From positions 2,496,001 to 2,560,000 of the forward strand of contig CAXXYH010000004.1 of NCBI GenBank assembly GCA_963677925.2: a stretch of 64,000 nt of DNA, in the 5' to 3' direction. Shown piece after piece: positions 56,351 through 64,000 of the stretch. Position numbers and translations under genes: made by a program. The notes beneath the pieces were generated by a model. The model saw nothing but the letters and a program-made list of their open reading frames with translations, was not told the origin of the DNA and did no database searches. This stretch comes from Spirochaetia bacterium (lineage in GTDB: Bacteria > Spirochaetota > Spirochaetia > UBA9216). Within the stretch, counting starts at the first letter, position 1. Each line of letters opens with the position of its first letter.

Positions 56351-57856
56351 ATGATCTATGATGTAATAATAATCGGAGCCGGAGTAGTCGGCGGCGCAGT
56401 TGCGCGTGAACTCTCAAAACTAAAACTTGATATCCTTGCTCTTGAAAAAGAATCCGACGTTTGCTGCGGTACTTCAAAGGCTAATACAGGAATAATTCAT
56501 TCACCTGCACTGGTTCCCTCCGGAACATTGAAGGGCAGGATGAGTGCCCTTGGTAATTTACAATTTACAGAATTAAGCGGACAGCTCGGATTTACATATC
56601 AGAAAACAGGGGCTCTTGTTTTATCATATTCAGAAGAGAATGATAAAACTGCATTAAATGATCTGAAACAGGGCTGTGAAAACTGGCTTGATGCAGGCGC
56701 GGAAGCCCCTGAGTATGAAATTATATCTGCTGAAAAACTTAGAGAACTTGAGCCAGAAATAAGTGATGAAGTTGTTTCTGCACTCTACTGCCCTGACGCC
56801 GGGCGTATAATTCCCTATGAATATGGTATTGCCCTGTGGGAGAACGCTGTTGATAACGGTGTTGAGCTGAGGCTTGAATGCGGAGTTTTCGATGTTTCCT
56901 ATGATGAAGCGGAAAAATTATGGCATCTGAAAACCCCATCCGGCGAGATTCTATCACGATTTGTTGTAAACGCTGCGGGACACGGCAGCAATAGCATTGG
57001 AATGGCAGCAGGATTTAAGGACAGCAGAATAAAGGCTGTTAAGGGTGAATACATCATTCTGGATCGGGATACGCCGCAGCATATTAACCATATCCTTTTT
57101 CAGATACCCGATGAAGCTCAGAAATCAAAGGGAAAGGGTATTCTTGTCACCCGTACTGTTTACGGTAATATCATGATTGGTCCGGATGCGAGATCTCAGG
57201 ATGATGCTGATGACACTTCAACAGACATGGAGTCGCTGATTGAAGTAATTGCCGGTGCAGAGAAAAGCATACCCGGACTTGATATGAAAAAAGCAATTAA
57301 AACCTTTGCAGGGGTACGTCCCAAACCTGCAGAAGGTGACTTTATTATTGAAAGCAGAAATGGATTTGTTCACCTGTGCGGTATAGAGTCACCGGGGCTT
57401 ACCTCATCACCGGCCATAGCTGCCGAAGCAGTTGAAAGATTGAAAAAAATGGGACTTTCTTCAGACAGCAACACTGAATTTAATCCATTCAGGAAGCCGA
57501 TTGTCGGGGAAGTGCTTAATCTTCCGCATGATGTTGTCAGCAAAAGGATACAGTTTGCAGATGATGATCCTGAAAAACTTATATGCAGATGCGAACAGGT
57601 ACCTTTATCACGTATTGAGGATGCAGTAAGCAGAAGCATTCCTGTTACCACCATTGACGGTGTCAAACGAAGAACAAGAGCCGGCCAGGGGCGCTGTCAG
57701 GGGAATTTCTGCGGGCCCAGAGTAAAAAAGGTTCTTGCGGATATATTAAACCTTGAAGAGGAGCTGATAACCCGGCGTGGAAAAGAGCCTGAATTAAAAA
57801 GGATTTCAGCTGCGGAATTGCGGAAAATTGTGAAGGAAGAGCCTGTCCTTGAATGA
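56351..57856 (+). CDS. FAD-dependent oxidoreductase (GlpA/LhgO-like) with BFD-like 2Fe-2S domain
   Basis: GAGVVG, TSKANTGIIH, GIESPGLTSSPA; ICRCE..KRRTRAGQGRCQGNFC. Confidence 0.9.
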   Translation: MIYDVIIIGAGVVGGAVARELSKLKLDILALEKESDVCCGTSKANTGIIHSPALVPSGTLKGRMSALGNLQFTELSGQLGFTYQKTGALVLSYSEENDKTALNDLKQGCENWLDAGAEAPEYEIISAEKLRELEPEISDEVVSALYCPDAGRIIPYEYGIALWENAVDNGVELRLECGVFDVSYDEAEKLWHLKTPSGEILSRFVVNAAGHGSNSIGMAAGFKDSRIKAVKGEYIILDRDTPQHINHILFQIPDEAQKSKGKGILVTRTVYGNIMIGPDARSQDDADDTSTDMESLIEVIAGAEKSIPGLDMKKAIKTFAGVRPKPAEGDFIIESRNGFVHLCGIESPGLTSSPAIAAEAVERLKKMGLSSDSNTEFNPFRKPIVGEVLNLPHDVVSKRIQFADDDPEKLICRCEQVPLSRIEDAVSRSIPVTTIDGVKRRTRAGQGRCQGNFCGPRVKKVLADILNLEEELITRRGKEPELKRISAAELRKIVKEEPVLE

Positions 57857-58349
57857 TTTAAAGAAGTCACTTCAGCCTGTGATTAATTCAGAATCAAAGA
57901 TACTGGTTCTGGGCTCAATGCCCGGAGAAGAATCATTAAGGCTGCAGCAGTATTACGGTTATCCCCGTAATCATTTCTGGAGAATTATGACTGAAATTTC
58001 AGGCGTTGATTTTGATATTGAATATGAAAGCAGAAAGAAAAGACTGCTTTCACTTGGAATAGCCTTATGGGATGTTATAGCGAGCTGTGAACGGAAAGGC
58101 AGTCTTGATACAAATATAAAAAATGAAAATCCAAATAATATCACCGGCCTGCTGAATGATTATCCTGATATTCAAGCCCTGTTCTTTAACGGTCAGAAGG
58201 CTGCCGCATCCTTTAAAAAAAACATCGGATTAAACTCTCTAAGTGATTCGGGAATCTATTATCAGGTACTGCCGTCTACAAGCCCGGCTAATACAATGAA
58301 GTTCGACATCAAACTTGAGCAATGGCGGATTTTAAAAAATTATTTTTGA
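57849..58349 (+). CDS. DNA-deoxyinosine glycosylase (UDG superfamily)
   Basis: LGSMPG..SL..QYY..PRN.FW, IALWDV, GSLD and LPSTSPAN motifs. Confidence 0.9.
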   Translation: MNDLKKSLQPVINSESKILVLGSMPGEESLRLQQYYGYPRNHFWRIMTEISGVDFDIEYESRKKRLLSLGIALWDVIASCERKGSLDTNIKNENPNNITGLLNDYPDIQALFFNGQKAAASFKKNIGLNSLSDSGIYYQVLPSTSPANTMKFDIKLEQWRILKNYF

Positions 58350-58401
58350 GCAGATTATTGCCGTTTTTCCACTCAGCATAAAAACATGCTATATTGATGA
58401 A

Positions 58402-58884
58402 ATGAAAAATATCTATGAAAAACTGAATGAGGCAGGATTCATACTTCCTGAAGCTCCGGATTCTGTGGGCGCTTTTTCTACCGCCGTGGAGAGTGACGGT
58501 CTGCTGTACCTTTCTGGCTGCGGGGGCGCTGACCCTTCAAAACTAAAATATTACGGAAAACTGGGAAGTGCAGTCACTGTTGAACAGGGGAAAGAGTGCG
58601 CGCGTGATGCCGTGCTGGCTCTGCTTAGTACAGCGGAAAAATATATAGGCAGTCTTGAAAAAATTCAAAAGGTAGTAAAGCTGACAGGTTTTGTAAATTC
58701 AGAACCGGATTTTATAAAACAGCCCGCTGTGATTGACGGGGCATCTGAACTTCTGATTGATTTATTCGGTGAAGAAACAGGATTACATGCCCGATCGGCC
58801 ATCGGTGCTGCAAGTCTTCCGTTTAACATACCGGTGGAACTGGAACTTATACTGAAAATTAGGAAAAGTGATAAAAATGAATAA
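58402..58884 (+). CDS. RidA/YjgF-family imine deaminase (Rid subfamily)
   Basis: VVKLTGFVNS..F..QP.VIDGASE..FGE..HARSAIG..LP...VE. Confidence 0.9.
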   Translation: MKNIYEKLNEAGFILPEAPDSVGAFSTAVESDGLLYLSGCGGADPSKLKYYGKLGSAVTVEQGKECARDAVLALLSTAEKYIGSLEKIQKVVKLTGFVNSEPDFIKQPAVIDGASELLIDLFGEETGLHARSAIGAASLPFNIPVELELILKIRKSDKNE

Positions 58885-59896
58885 TTACAGTGATTACCTG
58901 AAAGGCCGGATATACTTTGATACACATGGTCATGATTCCGGACTTCTGCCGTTTTTATGGCGTGCGGCAAGTCTTTTCCGTATGCCGAAAGACCGTAATC
59001 CAAAGCAGATATTAAAAGCCGGACTTACAGGCGGGGTTTTAAGTGCGATCGGAGACCCAGCTTCCTATGGTATTCGAGGATACACTAATTCACCTGAGTT
59101 AATAATCGAACAGCTTGAAAAGCTGATTTTATCAGTGACGAGCTCGGGAGCGAAGCTTATACTGTCTCCGGATGACATAAGTAAGGCTCATGATCAGTCA
59201 ACAGGCGGTTTTTTGCTTGGAGTGGAAGGCTGTGATTTTTTAGACGATGATTTTGCCGCAGTTGATTCAGTATATCAGATGGGTGTAAGGCTGCTTGCTC
59301 CGATGCATTACAATATCAACAGCCTGGGAAGTGTCGGTCTCGGGTGGCGCGGAAGGCAGATCAAAGATGAGGAAAGAACCGGTCTTACGGACAGAGGCAG
59401 TGAGTTTATAAAAATATGCAACCGCAGGGGGATAATAATCGACCTGTCCCATGCGGATGAGCCTACAGTCGCAGATGCATGCAATATTACAAGAGCACCT
59501 TTAATCTGCTCGCATACAGGTCCCCGTGCACTGCAGGATTTTCCACGGTTTATATCTGATGAAGCAATGAAAAAGATAGCCGGTACCGGGGGATTAATTG
59601 GAATATGGCCCTATTTGAGCAGGAATAAAGGCACCGCGGATTACGACACATTTAAGAGATATGCCCTGCATCTTAGAAAAACCATAGGTTCAGAACATAT
59701 CTGCATAGGAACCGATTTTAACGGTGTTCCCGGCTACATGAGAGGATACCGCGGTATAGAGCAAAGCGGTCTTCTGTTGAAGCTGCTCTCTGAAGCAGGA
59801 TTCAGCGACAGTGAAACAGAGGGAATAGCCGGAATGAACTTTATACAGATGTTCAGCCGGATCACAGAAATAACTTCCGGCTCCGGCGAAGCCTGA
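58877..59896 (+). CDS. membrane/renal dipeptidase (M19 family)
   Basis: DTHGHD, LGVEG, GLTDRG, IDLSH, SHTG and IGTDFNG motifs. Confidence 0.88.
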   Translation: MNNYSDYLKGRIYFDTHGHDSGLLPFLWRAASLFRMPKDRNPKQILKAGLTGGVLSAIGDPASYGIRGYTNSPELIIEQLEKLILSVTSSGAKLILSPDDISKAHDQSTGGFLLGVEGCDFLDDDFAAVDSVYQMGVRLLAPMHYNINSLGSVGLGWRGRQIKDEERTGLTDRGSEFIKICNRRGIIIDLSHADEPTVADACNITRAPLICSHTGPRALQDFPRFISDEAMKKIAGTGGLIGIWPYLSRNKGTADYDTFKRYALHLRKTIGSEHICIGTDFNGVPGYMRGYRGIEQSGLLLKLLSEAGFSDSETEGIAGMNFIQMFSRITEITSGSGEA

Positions 59897-59900
59897 TGAT

Positions 59901-61187
59901 TTAGAAGGACCGCTTCACATGCGGTGTTTTAATCATTCTGCCTTTTGCTATTACCAGGGCCGGACTTGAAAGTGTTTCAATACTTTCGAGCGGATTGTCC
60001 CTGCAGACGATTATGTCGGCAGATTTTCCTTCGTCAATTGAGCCGGTAAGTTCCTCTATACCGAGAATTTTTGCTGAATCAATTGTCCCCATTTCAATTG
60101 CTTTAAGAGAACTGACTCCGCCTCTGTCCATGAAGAGTTTCAGTTCCTCCCAGACATCATAGTGAGATACAAAGGGTACCCCTGAATCTGTCCCGCAGCC
60201 GATAAGTACTCCTGCGTTCAGTGCCTGGGTAAATCCTTTAATCTGACCTTGCATAACAAGGTCTGCATTGGCAAGTTTGATTTCATCAAAATCCTTGATC
60301 TCAGCGCTGTTTTCAAAAATTTTAACAGGTGCGGAAAGTGTCGGAACATAGGCTGTATAACCTCTAAGTGCTTCAGGATTATTCAGAAAAAGTTTGAGCA
60401 TCTCTGAATCAAACTCTGCACCGTGTTCAATTGAGTCAACACCGCCTATAAGTGCATCCTTAACCCCTCGGCTGCTTTCCGCATGGCAGGCAACCATCAG
60501 TCCGCGCCTGTGAGCTTCATCACATATTGCAGCAATCTCGTCAACCGTCATATGGGGAGTCCCGGCTTCACCGATCTTCCGGGCATCTGAAACACCGCCG
60601 GTACTTATCAGTTTTATTACATCAGAGCCGTGACTGTCGTTTATTCGCACTGCTTTACGGCCTTCCCAGGGTGAATCTGCTGTAAGCGGGGTCAGCATCT
60701 CTCCATGTCCGCCCGAGGCGCATATAAGCTTTCCGGCGGTGAGAAGCCGCGGCCATGCTTCCTTTGATTTACTGATTGATTTTTTAACATCAATATCAAA
60801 GTAAAGCGGATCACCAAGGCTTCTAATAGTTGTGACGCCTGCGTTTACAGCATTTTTTATGTTCTTTTTTATAATACTTTCGGCAAGCTTTCTGCCTGCG
60901 CCGGTTGCAAGGAATTTAAGCAGAAGCCTGGTATTTGAATTATCGCCAATGCTGGGCTTACCGCTTGCAATAAGATGGGCATGCGAATTTATCAGGCCGG
61001 GCATTATCCATCGCCCGTCAAGGTCATGGACCTCGCCAGCAGATACATCAGGAGCACTGCCTGTTTTATAGATCTTTTCAATATTTCCGCTTTCTGAATC
61101 TATAAGAACTGCACCGCTGCGGATGATTTCATTTTCCGCTTTGCCGTTTATAATATTGCAGTTTGTCAGTAAATATTTTGTGCTCAT
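59901..61187 (-). CDS. metal-dependent amidohydrolase (Xaa-Pro dipeptidase-like)
   Basis: MPGLINSHAH, GGHG, IKL..TGGV, HAE, SIEHG, GTDSG and G.IDEGKSAD motifs. Confidence 0.9.
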   Translation of the reverse strand: MSTKYLLTNCNIINGKAENEIIRSGAVLIDSESGNIEKIYKTGSAPDVSAGEVHDLDGRWIMPGLINSHAHLIASGKPSIGDNSNTRLLLKFLATGAGRKLAESIIKKNIKNAVNAGVTTIRSLGDPLYFDIDVKKSISKSKEAWPRLLTAGKLICASGGHGEMLTPLTADSPWEGRKAVRINDSHGSDVIKLISTGGVSDARKIGEAGTPHMTVDEIAAICDEAHRRGLMVACHAESSRGVKDALIGGVDSIEHGAEFDSEMLKLFLNNPEALRGYTAYVPTLSAPVKIFENSAEIKDFDEIKLANADLVMQGQIKGFTQALNAGVLIGCGTDSGVPFVSHYDVWEELKLFMDRGGVSSLKAIEMGTIDSAKILGIEELTGSIDEGKSADIIVCRDNPLESIETLSSPALVIAKGRMIKTPHVKRSF

Positions 61188-61843
61188 AGTTTTCCTTTTT
61201 TATAGAGTATCCTTGCCGCAAGTACTGAGAGAAGGGCATTCAGCGGAATCATTGCAGATGTCGGCACATCGGTGATAAGGAAAACCAGGATAGTAATAAC
61301 AAGCGGTGTTACCGACAGTTTCCAGTTTTTCATGATCCAGTATGCACCAAGAGCACCGAACAGAGCCGGCAGTACATTATCAAAGGCCGGTTTCAATACA
61401 GGCTGATTCAGCACCGGTGAGAGAGGGACAATTAGAATAACTCCAAGAAGTATTATAACTGCAGAAACAATAGCTGTTGTAGCTACAGAAATTATTGAGA
61501 TTATTTCAGCCTCATCTGAAGCCGGGTCTGTTTCGGTTATTTCAAGTGCCATTGCGGCCGCAGGTACTTTGAGATTGGAAAGATTACCGGTTAGAAATCC
61601 CAGATAGGTTGCTCCGCTGCCCAGAATAGGCGCGTAGGTGAAGATTTCTGCAAAAGCCATTGGTATCATTATCAGTGAGAGGCTCAGGACCCCGGAAAGA
61701 ACTTTCAGCAGGGGCGGAAAAATATTCCATCTAAGGCTGATTACAAGGGGTATACTCAGCAGAAGCAGTGCTCCTGTACCCATGGTTATTCGTCCAAGAA
61801 GGTGTATTCTTTCATTGAAATCTGTTTTCAAAGTACTGTTCAT
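61184..61843 (-). CDS. membrane protein (partner of DUF5058)
   Basis: Y.PILG..TYL.FLTGNLSNLKVP and VLPALFGALG; translationally coupled to both neighbours. Confidence 0.8.
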   Translation of the reverse strand: MNSTLKTDFNERIHLLGRITMGTGALLLLSIPLVISLRWNIFPPLLKVLSGVLSLSLIMIPMAFAEIFTYAPILGSGATYLGFLTGNLSNLKVPAAAMALEITETDPASDEAEIISIISVATTAIVSAVIILLGVILIVPLSPVLNQPVLKPAFDNVLPALFGALGAYWIMKNWKLSVTPLVITILVFLITDVPTSAMIPLNALLSVLAARILYKKGKL

Positions 61844-62568
61844 GAAAGACCTCCCTGAAAAATTGCCGAAAAAAGCGCAGCTGCGGCCATTGCTCCAACC
61901 ATGCTGATGGAAAGGGAAAACTCCTTCAGCCAGGTAACTTTAAATTTTTTCTCAATGAAGGTTGATAAAAGCATAAGCACAGCACCCGTTAGAAGCGTGA
62001 CCAGCTGTATACCTCCTCGGGTTATAGGTGGACCTATAAAAACTGCCAGCAGTCCCATATAGGCTGCCATAATGAGAGCCTGCATCCAGCTGGAATCCTT
62101 TGTTTTAACCCTGTCAAAACCGGATGATATTCTTTTAAGAAAAAATACGATGATTACCGGTGCGGAGATGGTCCCCAGTGTCATAATCCAGGCCGAGCTG
62201 GAAAATACTTCGGCGGTATATCCGTCTCCGCCCAAACCGTTTATTCCCATCACTTCGGCACCCATTCCTGCCGCCATCAGTTCATATGAAGCCGAACCGA
62301 GTACCGACAGCCGTATCCATGGAAAGGGGATACCAAGAACCGGGGCCATTGCAATCAGTGAAATCACGATTGGAATTGAAGGAACTACAGCAAGAACTGC
62401 ACTCGATTTGACAGCCTTGAGCATTCTGCTTCGTTCAATTCCCCGGCGCTTGCCCTCCTTCCAGGCGGTTGCCAGAAAAATAATCGACTGTGCAGTTATA
62501 AAAATAAAAACTGCACCGGCAATGATGAAAAGCAGAGGGCTGTTTGCAACTGAGAGGTAGTCTTTCAT
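61840..62568 (-). CDS. DUF5058-family membrane protein
   Basis: VPSIPIVI..LG.P.PW.RLSV.GS..YE and LKEFSL.ISM..AM patterns. Confidence 0.85.
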   Translation of the reverse strand: MKDYLSVANSPLLFIIAGAVFIFITAQSIIFLATAWKEGKRRGIERSRMLKAVKSSAVLAVVPSIPIVISLIAMAPVLGIPFPWIRLSVLGSASYELMAAGMGAEVMGINGLGGDGYTAEVFSSSAWIMTLGTISAPVIIVFFLKRISSGFDRVKTKDSSWMQALIMAAYMGLLAVFIGPPITRGGIQLVTLLTGAVLMLLSTFIEKKFKVTWLKEFSLSISMVGAMAAAALFSAIFQGGLS

Positions 62569-62577
62569 ACTTTCTCC

Positions 62578-63576
62578 TTAAATCTGATCTGAAAGGGTAG
62601 CTATTCTGAATTCCTCAAGGTTCTCCTCCCGGCCGAACACAATTAAAGTGTCATGTTCAGAGAGACGGGTATCTGCAAGATTTGATGTATAAATCTGACC
62701 GCTGCGTTTTATACCCATTACGCTTATTTCGAATTTACTTCGAATATCCGCTTCCTTGAGACTCTTTCCAAGAAGCTTCGAAGTTCCAGAGAGGAACACT
62801 TCTTCAACTTTGAAACTTTCATTAGTCGAGGTAAGCATATTATCCATATAATCAAGGGCTGCGGGTTTCAGAACAGACAGTGCCATTCTAGTTCCGCCTA
62901 TTCGTTCGGGATTGATAACCCGGTCTGCTCCCGCCTTGCGCAGTTTTGATTCACTCTCCGCCTTTTCTGCACTTGACGTGATATTAAGCGCAGAGTTCAT
63001 CTCCCTTGCGGTGAGAATAATCAGTACATTCTCGGCATCGTTTTTAGTTGTAATAAGTCCGCCTGCCTTATCTATTCCGGCACGGGTAAGCACTTCTTCC
63101 TCGCACGGGTCTCCGGCCACAACTTTAAACTTATCCATATAGGGTTCAAGTTTGGGTTCATCGCTGTCTACAAGGACAAAATCCTGCTTTTCCTGAACCA
63201 TCTTTTCTATTATGGTCGGGGTCATTGAGCCGACACCGCAGACTATTATATGTCTGTTAAGTCTTTTTATTTTCTTTTCCATTCTTCTGCTCCGCTTGTA
63301 CGGTGAGATGTTGAATTCGACAATTATTCCGATTATCTGGCCCATAAGGTAGGTAAACATTATGATGCATACCGGGACAAGGAACATTGCAAAGATTTTT
63401 CCTGCTTCGGTTGTTGGAATTACATCGCCGAAACCGATTGTAAGCACTGTAGTAACAGTCATCCAGAGTGCATCAAAATAATTAATATCTTCAAAAACTG
63501 AGAAACCTATTACAGATGATATTAACAGCAGCACAAGAACGACAGAGGGTATTACGGTTTTAAGATATTGATTCAC
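62578..63576 (-). CDS. potassium channel with TrkA-N/TrkA-C (RCK) domains
   Basis: Selectivity filter TIGFGD; HIIVCG; AGADRVINP. Confidence 0.92.
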   Translation of the reverse strand: MNQYLKTVIPSVVLVLLLISSVIGFSVFEDINYFDALWMTVTTVLTIGFGDVIPTTEAGKIFAMFLVPVCIIMFTYLMGQIIGIIVEFNISPYKRSRRMEKKIKRLNRHIIVCGVGSMTPTIIEKMVQEKQDFVLVDSDEPKLEPYMDKFKVVAGDPCEEEVLTRAGIDKAGGLITTKNDAENVLIILTAREMNSALNITSSAEKAESESKLRKAGADRVINPERIGGTRMALSVLKPAALDYMDNMLTSTNESFKVEEVFLSGTSKLLGKSLKEADIRSKFEISVMGIKRSGQIYTSNLADTRLSEHDTLIVFGREENLEEFRIATLSDQI

Positions 63577-63623
63577 ATCCGATATTTTATTTTAAAGAGA
63601 CGGTCTGTACAACATTTTTCTAT

Positions 63624-63660
63624 AAAAAAAGAGCCGACAGGGTATAAACTCAGTCGGCTC
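63624..63660 (-). terminator. intrinsic terminator
   Basis: GAGCCGAC...GTCGGCTC stem followed by T7 on the minus strand. Confidence 0.8.
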
Positions 63661-63681
63661 ATTGAAATTTATGAGTAAGAT

Positions 63682-63999
63682 CTATTCTTCAGAAAATTCC
63701 ATTCCGAATCCCTTTAGAATTGATTCACCGGAATAAGCTGAAATAATGAAGCTGTATCCGCGTATTGAACTCCATGCAGGATACCCGTCTTCAGTTGCAG
63801 GCCATATCTGCAGGCTGATATCTTCATCGCCGGTAGAAAGACCGACAGTCCATTCAGGCTCTCCTGCCGGTTTTTCGGAAAGATACTTAGTAGATCTCAA
63901 AGATGTCAGGGTGGTTTCAGCCTTCGCAATCAGATCTGCATCAGGCTGGACTTCCGCCGAATCTTCTGTCCAGAGCTCGTTTTCATCCTTATACAGAAT
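63682..63999 (-). CDS. C-terminal part of a hypothetical protein (possibly DUF4340-like); 5' end outside window
   Basis: Frame open to the window edge (ILYKDENELWTEDS...); followed by a terminator. Confidence 0.6.
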   Translation of the reverse strand: MLYKDENELWTEDSAEVQPDADLIAKAETTLTSLRSTKYLSEKPAGEPEWTVGLSTGDEDISLQIWPATEDGYPAWSSIRGYSFIISAYSGESILKGFGMEFSEE

Positions 64000-64000
64000 C

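Overview
64-kb bacterial chromosomal window, most likely from a free-living anaerobic spirochaete. This is inferred from the 'AGGSQE'-type solute-binding signal, the PFOR and [FeFe]-hydrogenase content, and the USP-PTS IIA pair. It holds about 57 CDS and one tRNA-Leu(TAA). I found no rRNA, CRISPR array, integrase or transposase. Main blocks: the 3' end of PFOR; a LacI-controlled sugar/polyol kinase-dehydrogenase module; a trimeric [FeFe]-hydrogenase whose NuoF/HydB subunit is fused to a GltD/NfnL-like domain; several signalling genes (GNAT-histidine kinase, tandem-CZB chemoreceptor, PAS kinase, diguanylate cyclase); a Nif11-like Cys-tailed protein behind a sigma54-type promoter; an AraC-controlled glycoside uptake and aglycone-processing cluster (ABC, tandem NTF2-like, GH3, old-yellow-enzyme, MoaF-like) abutting the tRNA; housekeeping genes (tcdA, tatD, UvrD/PcrA); a DUF2239-pseudo-amidase fusion; two surface lipoproteins (one frameshifted, one BspA-repeat); and a peptidase/DUF5058 transporter block. 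Non-coding highlights are an anti-Shine-Dalgarno-rich sRNA candidate with its own promoter and terminator, an SD-sequestering hairpin, and a recurring leaderless-mRNA architecture. All family calls come from motif recognition by eye; no database searches were run.
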